A stretch of 64,000 bases of DNA from Vicinamibacteria bacterium (GTDB lineage Bacteria > Acidobacteriota > Vicinamibacteria > Marinacidobacterales > Marinacidobacteraceae): assembly GCA_963555995.3 (NCBI GenBank), contig OY821641.1, forward strand, positions 320,001 to 384,000, given 5' to 3'. How positions within the stretch are numbered: the first letter of the stretch is position 1; every line of letters starts with the position of its first letter. The notes beneath the pieces were generated by a model. The model saw only the letters and a program-made list of their open reading frames with translations. It searched no databases and was not told the origin of the DNA. This document shows, piece by piece, positions 18,390 through 27,645 of this stretch. A program made the translations under genes and the position numbers.

Positions 18390-19987
18390 GAAACCTCGTC
18401 CTCGCCGGCGCGGTCGCCGCCCTGACGGCGCCCGGCGCCGCCCAGCCCGCCGACCCCCTTCGGATCCAGGAGCACGCGCTCCGCAACGGCTTCACGATCC
18501 TGCTCGCCGAGGACCACCGCCGGCCGCGGGTGGCCGCCAACCTGTGGGTGCGCGTCGGCTCCATGATCGAACCGGTGGGGCAGCACGGCATCGTCCACTT
18601 CCTCGAGCACGTCATCCATCAGGGGACGACCACCGTCGGCACCCGCGATCTGGCCGCGGAGTTGCCCATCCTCCAGGAGATCCACGACACCGAGCAGGAG
18701 CTCATCGCGCTCCGCAACCGCGAGCGCAACCGGCTCCGGGAGCGGGCCGTCTTCTACGACGAGCTCGACTGGCCGATGACACCCGAGATGGAGGCGCTGC
18801 GGCAGCGGCTCTATGAACTCGAGGACCAGGACGACGAGTACCGCGACTTCTGGACCTCCTACAAGTGGTACATGCAGAGCGGCGGGTACGTGCGCCACAC
18901 CGACCCGGTGCCGGCCAGCACCGAGCAGGACTACATGGAGATGAACATGGCGCTCCCGCCCGAGCACCTCGAACTCTTCTTCCGGCTCGAGGCGGACCGG
19001 CTGGTCAACGCGGTCCTGCGGGGCTGGGAGTCGCAGCGCTTCACCGTGGTGGAGCAGATCCTCGGGGGCAAGAGCCGGCCGCAGACCCGCTTCAACGAGT
19101 CCATGGACGGCGTCACCGCCCAGATCCACCCGGTCTTCGTCCCCGACGGCGGGCACATCCGCGACTTCGGGAACTTCACCCGGGAGGCCATGCACCGCAT
19201 CTACGACGACTACTTCGTCCCCAACAACGCGACGCTCGTACTGGTGGGCGACGTGACGATGGACGAGGTCCTGCCCTTGGCCGAGCGCTACTTCGGCGTG
19301 CTGCCCCGCGGGCCCGAGCCCCCGCTCGATCTGGACGTCGAGGCCGAGCCGACGCCCACCGGCGCCGTTCGGCTCGACTGGACGGAGCCGCTCTCGCCGC
19401 AGGTCCATCTCCGCTACCGCGTCCCGGGCATGGGCCACCCCGACCGGCCGGTCTTCGATCTCATCGCCGCGCTGCTGAGCGGGCCGCACGGGATGGCCGG
19501 ACAGACGCTGGCGGCGCGGGGAGTTTCCGCGTCGGTCGCGGCCGACTTCCGGGTCATCCACACCTACCGCTTCGGCTCGCCCGGGGCGTTCAACCTGGTG
19601 GCGCACGCGGAGCGCGACGGCGACCTCGCGGCGGTCGAGAGCGCGCTGCTGGATTCGGTCGCCGACCTCCGGGAGGGACAGGTGGACGCCGACGCCTTCG
19701 CGCGGGCGAAGAAGCGCCTCCGCGTCGAGTGGGCCGAGCTCCTCGACAACACCCAGGAACTCGCCTTCCTGATCGGCCACCACCACACCATGAACCACTG
19801 GAGCGTGCTGCCCGACCTCATCGAGGCGCGGGACGCGGCAACGCCCGAGGACATCCAGCGGGTCGCCGCGGCCTACTTCGTCCCCTCCAACCGGGTCATC
19901 GCGACGGCCCGCGCCGAGCCCCCCGACGACAGCGGTCCGAGCTGGCTCGACTTCGCGTGGTCCAAGCTGCGGGGGCAGGAGCGATGA
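18386..19987 (+). CDS. M16 (pitrilysin-like) peptidase, catalytic subunit
   Basis: HFLEH inverzincin motif, LEADRL, YFVPNNATLVLVGD. Confidence 0.88.
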   Translation: MRNLVLAGAVAALTAPGAAQPADPLRIQEHALRNGFTILLAEDHRRPRVAANLWVRVGSMIEPVGQHGIVHFLEHVIHQGTTTVGTRDLAAELPILQEIHDTEQELIALRNRERNRLRERAVFYDELDWPMTPEMEALRQRLYELEDQDDEYRDFWTSYKWYMQSGGYVRHTDPVPASTEQDYMEMNMALPPEHLELFFRLEADRLVNAVLRGWESQRFTVVEQILGGKSRPQTRFNESMDGVTAQIHPVFVPDGGHIRDFGNFTREAMHRIYDDYFVPNNATLVLVGDVTMDEVLPLAERYFGVLPRGPEPPLDLDVEAEPTPTGAVRLDWTEPLSPQVHLRYRVPGMGHPDRPVFDLIAALLSGPHGMAGQTLAARGVSASVAADFRVIHTYRFGSPGAFNLVAHAERDGDLAAVESALLDSVADLREGQVDADAFARAKKRLRVEWAELLDNTQELAFLIGHHHTMNHWSVLPDLIEARDAATPEDIQRVAAAYFVPSNRVIATARAEPPDDSGPSWLDFAWSKLRGQER

Positions 19988-21741
19988 GCGCCGGGACCGC
20001 CGGTCTTCAGACCGGCACGCGCGGCGGCTTGGAACGCCGGTCTCCAGACCGGCACGCGCAGCGCTCCGCGCTGCGCACGTCACAACTCCACTCGGAAGAG
20101 GTGGTTCCCGCCTCGGCGCGGAACTCAACGGCGGAGGTGGCACTCACGGCTTGGAACACCGGCCCTCGGCCGGCACGCGGACCGCAGGTCCGCGACGGCG
20201 CTGCGCCACTTTGCCTCACGGGGCGGCCGGCTGGGAGCGCCGGTCTTCAGACCGGCACCGCGACCCGGAGGGCCGCGCTCCGAAGCCGGATTGCCCTCAC
20301 GGTCCTGACCACCGCCACCCTCACCCTCACCGCCTGCGACCCCGACAACACCCTCCCCGGCCGCTCGCGCCCCATCTTCGAGCACGACTGGCCGGCCCCG
20401 GCTGAGGCGATGGGCGGGCCTTCCGCGTTCACCCCGCCCGATCCCGCCGAGGCCCTCTTCAAGGCGTCGAGCGGCGTCCGGGCCTACATCGTGCCGGCGG
20501 AAACAGACCCCTTGGTACGCATCACCGTAGCGCTGCCGCTGGGCCGGCTCCACGAAGCCGAGGGCGAGGCCGGCGCCTCGGCGCTCCTGACCCGTCTCCT
20601 CACGACGCGCGGCGCTGCGGGGGCGGGGGACCCGCTTTCGCTCCGCCTCGCCGAATTGGGAACGTCGCTGAGCGTGGTCGAGTCCCTCGACGCCACGCAC
20701 CTCTCCCTGAACGTGCTGCCCGAGGACTGGCGTGCGGGGCTGGAACTGCTCGCGGCGATCGTCCGGAATCCCGACCTCGACGCAGCCGCGATCCGGGGGT
20801 ACCGGACAGGCGCCGGCTACGACATGCCCATGGCCGGGATCGTCGGCGCCGGCTACCGTCCCAAGGTCGAGCTGGAGCGGTTCGTTCACGGAGTTCCCCT
20901 GGCGCCGCCGGAGCCCGGGACGAGCCTCTCGCTGGCTGCTGTCCGGGCGCTGGCGGCCCGGAGCCTGACCGCCGACCGCGTGGTGCTCGGGATCGGGGGG
21001 GCTGTTTCCCGCGCCGAAGCGGAGGAGGCGCTGGAGTCGGCGACTGAGGATTGGGTCGCGAGCGGCGAACCGGCGCCGGAGCCCGCCGTGATCGAACCCG
21101 GCGCGCCGCCGAGCCGCTTCCATGCGGTGGACGTCCCGAGCCTGGAGGGCTGGATCGCCATCGGCCGCGTAGTCGGCGCCGTTCCGGAATCGGACCGGGC
21201 CCCGCTGGCCGTACTCAGGTTCATCCTCGCCGAACGCCTGAACATCGCCGCGCGCGAAAGGCGCGGCCTCGCCAACCGGGACGACTTCGAGATCCCCGAG
21301 ACGGCGTCCGGAACCGGCCTCCTCCTCGTCCGCACCGGCGGACGTCCGGAAGCGGTCGGCCCCCTCGTCCGCTACAGCCTGGACGAGATCGCGCGGATGC
21401 ACGATCCGGACGAACCCGTCACCGATACCGAAGTCACCCGCGCGCAGGGCTGGCTGCTTGGGGCCGTGTGGCAGCGGTCCCTTGAACTCGCGACCGATGC
21501 GAGCCGGACGTTCGCCGTTGAGCACGCGCGCCGCGGCGACACGGACCGCCTGATGAACTGGCCCGGGGCCGTCCGGGCCGTGACCGCCGCCGACGTCAAG
21601 CGGATCGCGCAGGAGTACCTGGACCCCGCCGGATTCACGACCGTGGTGGCGGGGCCGCTCGCGGAAATCCGGGCCGCGCGCCACCCACGCTGGCCGGTGG
21701 CGCTGGATGACCTGGAGGCGGAACTCTCAGGCGAGCAGTGA
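19984..21741 (+). CDS. M16 peptidase-like partner subunit (lipoprotein) with REP-derived N-terminal extension
   Basis: ATGA-coupled to the previous gene; no HxxEH; LTAC lipobox at about residue 118; AVTAADVKRIAQEYL. Confidence 0.72.
   Translation: MSAGTAGLQTGTRGGLERRSPDRHAQRSALRTSQLHSEEVVPASARNSTAEVALTAWNTGPRPARGPQVRDGAAPLCLTGRPAGSAGLQTGTATRRAALRSRIALTVLTTATLTLTACDPDNTLPGRSRPIFEHDWPAPAEAMGGPSAFTPPDPAEALFKASSGVRAYIVPAETDPLVRITVALPLGRLHEAEGEAGASALLTRLLTTRGAAGAGDPLSLRLAELGTSLSVVESLDATHLSLNVLPEDWRAGLELLAAIVRNPDLDAAAIRGYRTGAGYDMPMAGIVGAGYRPKVELERFVHGVPLAPPEPGTSLSLAAVRALAARSLTADRVVLGIGGAVSRAEAEEALESATEDWVASGEPAPEPAVIEPGAPPSRFHAVDVPSLEGWIAIGRVVGAVPESDRAPLAVLRFILAERLNIAARERRGLANRDDFEIPETASGTGLLLVRTGGRPEAVGPLVRYSLDEIARMHDPDEPVTDTEVTRAQGWLLGAVWQRSLELATDASRTFAVEHARRGDTDRLMNWPGAVRAVTAADVKRIAQEYLDPAGFTTVVAGPLAEIRAARHPRWPVALDDLEAELSGEQ
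19993..20259 (+). repeat. Cluster of four REP-like copies inside a reading frame
   Basis: Copies at about 19993, 20030, 20150 (degenerate) and 20233. Confidence 0.85.
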
Positions 21742-21769
21742 GGAACTGGTTGGGTGGGGCCGCGCGGGT

Positions 21770-21840
21770 TGGTGGAGTTGCGACGTGCGCGGTGCGGAGC
21801 ACCGCGCGTGCCGGTCTGGAGACCGGCGTTCCAAGCCGGC
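21770..21840 (-). repeat. REP-like repeat
   Basis: GTGCCGGTCTGGAGACCGGCGTTCCAAGCC. Confidence 0.9.
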
Positions 21841-21869
21841 GCGCCAGCCGTGCTGGCCGCAGCCCGGCT

Positions 21870-22185
21870 TCACTCCGTCAGCGGTGAACCTCCGGCAAGG
21901 ATGGCCGGAAGGTGGGTCACGTCGGCGACGGTGATCCCCGGCGCCAGCGCCGAAGCGGCCGCCGGACGGCCCAGGACGTAGTGCTCGCCGGGCTTCCAGG
22001 GACCCCCGGCGGCTTCCAGTTCGGCGTTCACCCGTGAGAGGTTCCGCGCTTCCCGCGAGCCCGGATGCTCTTGCCATTTGCACTCCGCGAAGCTCAGCTT
22101 GCCGCCGGACTCCAGGACGAAATCCACCTCGCGGCCCGGGAGGTCCCGGTAGTACCAGAGCCCGACCGGCCGGCCGCCGATCTCA
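21870..22185 (-). pseudogene. C-terminal remnant of a DUF4143 ATPase
   Basis: LWYYRDLPGREVDFVLE...FAECK; no N-terminal ATPase domain upstream. Confidence 0.7.
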
Positions 22186-22220
22186 CGAATTCAGTTCGGA
22201 TCCAACACGGTCCTGGCTTG

Positions 22221-22253
22221 GCGCTAATTCAAGATTCGATTTTGAATTAGCGC
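22221..22253. promoter_or_regulatory. Near-perfect inverted repeat (putative operator) upstream of a DUF4143 ATPase
   Basis: GCGCTAATTCAAGAT-TCG-ATTTTGAATTAGCGC (14/15 paired). Confidence 0.65.
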
Positions 22254-22277
22254 ACAAATCGTGTCATCCTGCCCGCA

Positions 22278-23504
22278 ATGATCGAGCGGGATCTCACTTC
22301 GGTCCTCCTGAAGGCGGCTGGCCGTGCGCCGGTGGTGACCCTCACCGGGCCGCGGCAGAGCGGCAAGACGACCCTCTGCCGGGCGCTCTTCGGCGACCGC
22401 CCGTACGCGAGCCTCGAAGCGCCGGATGTCCGCGCCTTCGCCGCCGAAGATCCGCGCGGCTTCCTCGCGCAGTTCCCGGAGGGCGCGGTCTTCGACGAGA
22501 TCCAACGGGTTCCCGATCTTCTTTCCCACATCCAGGGCATCGTGGATGACGATCCCGCCCACGGGCGCTGGATCCTGACCGGATCGCAGAACTTCTCGCT
22601 TCGCGGCGCGATCAGCCAATCGCTCGCGGGCCGCACGGACGTGCTGGAACTCCTGACGTTGACCAGGGGCGAGATCCGGCGTTTCCGGAAGTCTCCCGCG
22701 AGTCTCGACGAGGCGCTGCTCACGAGCGGCTTTCCCCGAATCTTCGACCGCGAACTCGAGCCCGCGCCCTGGCTCCGCGCCTACGTGAACACCTACGTCG
22801 AGCGGGACGTCCGCCAACTTCTGGGTGTCGGCGATCTCGTGGCCTTCCAGCGCTTCCTCGAGCTCTGCGCCGGCCGCACCGGACAATTGCTCAACCTCTC
22901 CTCGCTCGCGGGCGACTTCGGCGTCTCGCAGCCGACCGCGAGGGCCTGGCTCTCGGTGCTGGAAGCGAGCTACATCGTGTTCCGCCTGCCGCCGTTTCAC
23001 GCGAACCTGCGCAAGCGCCTCGTGAAGGCGCCGAAGCTCATGTTCCACGACGCCGGGCTCGCCTGCTGGCTCCTCGGAATCCACGAGCCGTACCAACTCC
23101 GCACCCACCCCTTGCGGGGGGCCATCTTCGAGACCTGGGTCGTCTCGGAGGTGATGAAGCTGGTGACGAACCGGGGCGCCGCGACGCGGCGGGACCCCGG
23201 ACTCTCGTTCTATCGGGACCGGAGCGGAGCCGAGGTGGACCTGGTGATCGAACGGCCCGACCGCCTCACCCTGCTGGAGTGCAAGTCCGCGGCGACGCCG
23301 TCCGCGGCGCTACTGGCCGGGGCCCGGCGCGTCGCCGGTCACTTCGCGGGGTCGGGGCGGCCGGTTGATCTGGCGGTGGTCTATGGCGGAGACGAGGAGC
23401 AGCGGCGCACCGCCGGCTGGATCGTCCCGTGGCGGAGCGTGGGGGAAGTGGTGTTCCCCGATGGCCAGGGGCCTCCGCCTACCCCGGGACCCAGTACCAG
23501 GTGA
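22278..23504 (+). CDS. AAA_14 ATPase with DUF4143 domain
   Basis: GPRQSGKTT, FDEIQR, LTGSQ, QSLAGR, TYVERDV, FYRD..GAEVDL, LECK. Confidence 0.92.
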   Translation: MIERDLTSVLLKAAGRAPVVTLTGPRQSGKTTLCRALFGDRPYASLEAPDVRAFAAEDPRGFLAQFPEGAVFDEIQRVPDLLSHIQGIVDDDPAHGRWILTGSQNFSLRGAISQSLAGRTDVLELLTLTRGEIRRFRKSPASLDEALLTSGFPRIFDRELEPAPWLRAYVNTYVERDVRQLLGVGDLVAFQRFLELCAGRTGQLLNLSSLAGDFGVSQPTARAWLSVLEASYIVFRLPPFHANLRKRLVKAPKLMFHDAGLACWLLGIHEPYQLRTHPLRGAIFETWVVSEVMKLVTNRGAATRRDPGLSFYRDRSGAEVDLVIERPDRLTLLECKSAATPSAALLAGARRVAGHFAGSGRPVDLAVVYGGDEEQRRTAGWIVPWRSVGEVVFPDGQGPPPTPGPSTR

Positions 23505-25668
23505 GCTTCGCGAGCAGCTCCCGGTAGGACGGCTCGTCGCTGTCCATGCCGAAGGGCTGGCGCTCGTTGTAGACGACGTAGATGTCGCTGCCGGGGCGGT
23601 AGTTCCAGCGGAGCTGGACGTTGCCGGAGAAGTTGCCGTCGTCGTCGTTCCACTGGAGCAGTCCCCGGATGAAGGCGTCCGGCGACAGCGCCAGCAGGCC
23701 GCGCAGCACCACCAGGTTGGTGTTGAAGTCACCGTTCTCCTGCGGCAGCCGGACCTCGCTCCGCGAGTAGTTCACCTGGAGCCGCACGCGGGGATGCGGG
23801 CGGACGGCCACGCCCGGCGAGTACACCTGGAGCCGGCCGTCGAAGAAGCCGTTGTTCATGGCGAACAGGTCGAACGACACCCGGCGGCTCTGCGACGTGT
23901 TGGCCATCATCATGAAATCGGTGGTCGTGTACTGCCCCTCCTCGATTACCACCCCGTCGCGCAGTTCGAACGACTCGCTCAGCCCCTCGATGTTCTGCGA
24001 GACGTTGACGAAGAACTGGCTGCCGTCGTCGAAGAGGAAGAACGGACCGAAGCTAGCGTTCTGGGTCTGGATCGAGCCGTCGGGCTCGGTGATGCGGATG
24101 ATGCCCGGCCCCATGAAGATCTGCCGGATCCCGTAGCGGCCGATCCGGGGGCTCCAGAGTCCGTCCAACCGCACCTTCCGGACCCCGGTGCGGGGCACGA
24201 AACCCAGTTCCGAGCGGAACCCCTCGCCGATGTCGGTGTAGGTCGCGAACATGTTCCAGCGGTCGTCGCCCACCTGTCCGGTCACCCCGAAGGCGCTTTC
24301 CCGTCCCCGGGCGCCTGGCGTCGCGCTGCGGGCGGCGAACCCGGTGACGGTGGCGGACTCGTTCGGCGCCCAGGCGAAGTCCGCGGCCCCGACCCGGTGC
24401 GAGTCGCCCCCGATTTCCGTCCGGTCGAGCGCCATTACCCCGATGGAGCTGCGCTCCAGCACGTCCCGCCGGAGCCGCAGGGCCGAAAACCCGGTGGCGG
24501 GCGAGACCCCTTCGAACTCCTGCTGGCGGATGTGGAAGGCCCCCACGTCGGTGGCCCCCAGCTTGCCGGTGACGCGCGCCCCGCCGAGGATGGGGATGAT
24601 CTCCCCGTCCTCGGAGAGCCCGATCCGCCGGCTGAAGAAGAGGAACATCTCCGGCGGCTCGAAGGGCCGGGTCGTCTCGCCGACCTGGAAGAGGCCGGCG
24701 TTTTCCAGGAAGAACTCGCGCTGCTCGGGGAAGAAGAGCTCGAAGCGGGTCAGGTTCACCTGCTGCTCGTCGGCCTCCACCTGGGCGAAGTCGGTGTTCA
24801 GGGTCACGTCGAGGTTCAGGTTCGACCCGAGCGAGACCTTGGCGTCGAGCCCCAGGTCGGTGGTCCCGGCCCGTTCCTCGCCCTCGCCGGTGATCCCGGC
24901 GACCCCGAAGGGCTTCAGCTTGATGCGGCCGCCGGGGTTCGCGTGCTCCATCCCGTGCATCACTCCGTAGGCGGAGACCCGCCACATCGCGTTGAAGCCC
25001 CAGTCCACCGAGATCGGGGCCCAGAAGCTGATCTCGCGGGTGCGCGCCACCTGCCGGCCGAAGTTGACCCCGAACTCGGGCGTCCCGCGCGGAAAGCGGA
25101 GCGTCTCGAACGGGATCACCATCTCGGTCGCCCAGCCGTCCGCGGTCCGCCGCGACCCCACCCGCCAGACGCCGTCCCACTCGTTGTTGATCGCGGCGCC
25201 CTCGTTCTGTACGAGGCCGTCCTGCCGGGTCCCCACCGCGTTCGTGCTGAAGAAGACCGCGCTCCGGTGGTCGTGGTAGGGGTCGAGAACGATGAAGAAG
25301 TTGTCGTCGCTCTCGAGGTTGGCGTCGCGCCGGTACTCGCGGGCGACGATCGCCGCCGGGTCGTCGTCCTCCATGCGGGCAGCGACCAGCAGCGCGTCCC
25401 GGGTGTAGGCCACGTACACCTCGGTGGCGTAGGTGGGTTCGGCGCCATCCACCGGCTCGGTCTGGATGAAGCCGTCGGCGACCGCGGCGAGCGCCCAGAC
25501 CTCCTCGTCGAGCCGGCCGTCCGCTACCGGGAGCTCCTCCACGAGCGGCACGTCGAGCACCTGGTCGTGCGTCTCGTCGTGCACCTCCTGGGACGAGGCG
25601 GGGCCGGCGGCCAGCAGCAGGAGCCCGAGGAGCGTTACTCCTCGAGCGCGAACTCGAAGCACATCCAT
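23479..25668 (-). CDS. CBM9-like plus DUF5916 outer-membrane protein
   Basis: DGRLDEEVW, LNTDFAQVEADEQQVNLTRFELFFPEQREFFLE, C-terminal beta-strand pattern. Confidence 0.8.
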   Translation of the reverse strand: MDVLRVRARGVTLLGLLLLAAGPASSQEVHDETHDQVLDVPLVEELPVADGRLDEEVWALAAVADGFIQTEPVDGAEPTYATEVYVAYTRDALLVAARMEDDDPAAIVAREYRRDANLESDDNFFIVLDPYHDHRSAVFFSTNAVGTRQDGLVQNEGAAINNEWDGVWRVGSRRTADGWATEMVIPFETLRFPRGTPEFGVNFGRQVARTREISFWAPISVDWGFNAMWRVSAYGVMHGMEHANPGGRIKLKPFGVAGITGEGEERAGTTDLGLDAKVSLGSNLNLDVTLNTDFAQVEADEQQVNLTRFELFFPEQREFFLENAGLFQVGETTRPFEPPEMFLFFSRRIGLSEDGEIIPILGGARVTGKLGATDVGAFHIRQQEFEGVSPATGFSALRLRRDVLERSSIGVMALDRTEIGGDSHRVGAADFAWAPNESATVTGFAARSATPGARGRESAFGVTGQVGDDRWNMFATYTDIGEGFRSELGFVPRTGVRKVRLDGLWSPRIGRYGIRQIFMGPGIIRITEPDGSIQTQNASFGPFFLFDDGSQFFVNVSQNIEGLSESFELRDGVVIEEGQYTTTDFMMMANTSQSRRVSFDLFAMNNGFFDGRLQVYSPGVAVRPHPRVRLQVNYSRSEVRLPQENGDFNTNLVVLRGLLALSPDAFIRGLLQWNDDDGNFSGNVQLRWNYRPGSDIYVVYNERQPFGMDSDEPSYRELLAKLTWYWVPG

Positions 25669-26318
25669 GAGACCGAGACGAAGGCCACCGCGGCCAGTAC
25701 CAGGAAACGCGCGGCCTCCCAGACCGGTTCGCCCGCCATCGCGGCCCGCACCCCCGACACCCCGGCGATCAGCAACGGCGCGGAGAGCGGGAACAGCAGC
25801 AGCGGCAGCAATACCTCGCGCACCGGGGTGGCGGCGCAGATGGCCGCCACCGTGGTGCCGAGGGCCATGAAACCGAGGGAGAAGCACAGGAGGATCGCGC
25901 CGAAGAGCAGCAGACCACCTACGGACTGGCCGCCCAAAAGGTTCGCCCGGAAGAAGAGCTCGTAGAGCAGGACCACCGGAATCTGGACGGCGAGCAGCAG
26001 GAGCGTCCCCGAGGCCAGCTTCCCGAAGTAGATCGCCGACCGGTCCACCGGGCCGAGCATGAGTCCGTGGATCGCCATCGCCTCGGTCTCGGGGGCGAAG
26101 CTCCGGTAGAGCCCCAGGGTCCCGGCGAAGAGGAAGGCCGCCTGGAGCACGCCGGGGGCGAGGTCCCGCCGGTCCGCCGAATCGAGCCCGATGGCGAAGT
26201 GCATGACCAGCAGCACGAGCGCGGCGAAGAGCAGCATCGCCGGGAGCCGCTCGCGGGAGCGGGCCTCGCTCAGCAGGTCCTTCCCGGCGATGGCCGCCGC
26301 GGCCGAGAAGGTGGTCAC
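25635..26318 (-). CDS. ccmB: Heme exporter protein B
   Basis: KDLLSEARSR, IYFGK, REVLLPLLLFPL. Confidence 0.9.
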   Translation of the reverse strand: MTTFSAAAAIAGKDLLSEARSRERLPAMLLFAALVLLVMHFAIGLDSADRRDLAPGVLQAAFLFAGTLGLYRSFAPETEAMAIHGLMLGPVDRSAIYFGKLASGTLLLLAVQIPVVLLYELFFRANLLGGQSVGGLLLFGAILLCFSLGFMALGTTVAAICAATPVREVLLPLLLFPLSAPLLIAGVSGVRAAMAGEPVWEAARFLVLAAVAFVSVSWMCFEFALEE

Positions 26319-27031
26319 GAGGCGTCTCCGGCCGGGAGGCCGGCGGCGGCTGTGTCGTAGGTGCGGCGGACGGTTTCGGGGTCGGCGGCCGGATCGTCGA
26401 GGACCACCCGGCCTCGCTGGAGGACCAGCGCCCGGTCGGCGAGTTCGACCGCCCGGCCCACGTCGTGGGTGGCGAAGAGCACCGCCGCGCCGCGCCCGCG
26501 CGCCGCCCGCACCATGCCGGCGAGCCGCTCGCGCGCCGCGCCGTCGAGCCCGGCGAAGGGCTCGTCGAGCAGCAGCAGGTCCGGCTCGTGCAGCAGCGCC
26601 CGCGCGAGCGTCGCCCGCTGCGCCGTTCCCCGCGAGAGGTGCCGCGCCGGGACGCCGGCGACGGCGGCGAGGCCGTGCCGCTCGAGCAGTTCGCCGATGT
26701 CGGTTCGCGCCCCGTGGAGGCGCCGGTGGAAGCGCAGGTTCTCGGCGACGGTGAGTTCCGGGTAGAGGAGTGACTGGTGGGAGGCGAAGCCGATCCAGCC
26801 GCGCGCCGCCGGAACGGCCTGCTTCAGTTCCACCCCCCGGTAGCGGAGCGCGCCGGACGACGGCCGGGCGAGGGTGGCGGCCATCCGGATCAGGGTCGTC
26901 TTCCCCGCGCCGTTCGGGCCGAGCAGGCCGACGATCTCGCCGGCGGGCACCGTGAGGCTCACCTCGTCCACCACCGGGACCTCCCGGTAGCGCCGGGTGA
27001 CGCGCTCGGCCTCGAACAGCGGGGTGGTCAC
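26315..27031 (-). CDS. ccmA: Heme ABC exporter ATP-binding protein
   Basis: GPNGAGKTT, LSRG, LLLLDEPF; GTGA-coupled to ccmB. Confidence 0.85.
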   Translation of the reverse strand: MTTPLFEAERVTRRYREVPVVDEVSLTVPAGEIVGLLGPNGAGKTTLIRMAATLARPSSGALRYRGVELKQAVPAARGWIGFASHQSLLYPELTVAENLRFHRRLHGARTDIGELLERHGLAAVAGVPARHLSRGTAQRATLARALLHEPDLLLLDEPFAGLDGAARERLAGMVRAARGRGAAVLFATHDVGRAVELADRALVLQRGRVVLDDPAADPETVRRTYDTAAAGLPAGDAS

Positions 27032-27077
27032 TCTGCAGCCGGTGGCGCCCCGCCGCTCATCAAAATGGCGCAAACGG

Positions 27078-27140
27078 TTTGGAACGCCGGCTTCAGCCGG
27101 CACAGCGGGCCGAAGGCCCGCCGGCTGAAGCCGGCCCAGT
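27078..27140. repeat. REP variant (GCCGGCTTCAGCCGGC) hairpin pair
   Basis: TTGGAACGCCGGCTTCAGCCGGCAC...GCCGGCTGAAGCCGGC. Confidence 0.8.
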
Positions 27141-27196
27141 TGCTGTGAAAATGCCGTCTCGCCAAGACGTCAGTTAGCGCAAGTTGCGCCGCCGGC

Positions 27197-27415
27197 TGGG
27201 AGCGCCGGTCTTCAGACCGGCACGCGCTGCGCCAGAGCGCAGCGCACCGCACGACGCTGACCTGCGCGGTGGCGTCCTGCTTTCGATGCATCAACGCGAA
27301 CGGTGACACGACATCGGCGGGCCTTCGGCCCGCGGTGCCGGTCTGAAGACCGGCGCTCCCAGCTGTCTCCACCGTTTTCATGCCCGGCGGGGTGTGCAGG
27401 AGGACCGATCGTGGG
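27197..27415. repeat. REPIN-like element, copy 2
   Basis: CTGGGAGCGCCGGTCTTCAGACCGGCAC ... GTGCCGGTCTGAAGACCGGCGCTCCCAG; homologous to 11039-11255. Confidence 0.85.
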
Positions 27416-27458
27416 GGTTGCTGTGAAAGTGCAGCCGTGCGGGTTGGCCAACGGCCGC

Positions 27459-27640
27459 GATGGCGCCGCCGGCTTGGAACGCCGGCTTCAGCCGGCACAG
27501 CGGCCCGCAGGCGGTTTGTCGCTATCCCGGGTGCATTGGCGTGCGCAGCCGAGCCATCCCGGCGCATGAGGTCCGTCTCGCCGCCCGCCTGCGGCGGGCT
27601 GTGCCGGCTGAAGCCGGCGTTCCAAGCCGGCGGCGCCATC
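27459..27640. repeat. REPIN/MITE-like element with perfect 43-bp inverted arms
   Basis: 27459-27501 is the exact reverse complement of 27598-27640. Confidence 0.88.
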
Positions 27641-27645
27641 ACACG

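Noticed and set aside
17237-21741. 916-aa and 958-aa ORFs as single large proteins
   Set aside because: The N-terminal parts overlap real genes in other frames; the true starts are the coupled ATGs at 18386 and 19984.
27028-27642. ORFs within REP clusters (also 53938..54697)
   Set aside because: They are translations of the repeats (CRSEDRRSQ, WNAGFSRH, PVWRPAFQ), not independent genes.
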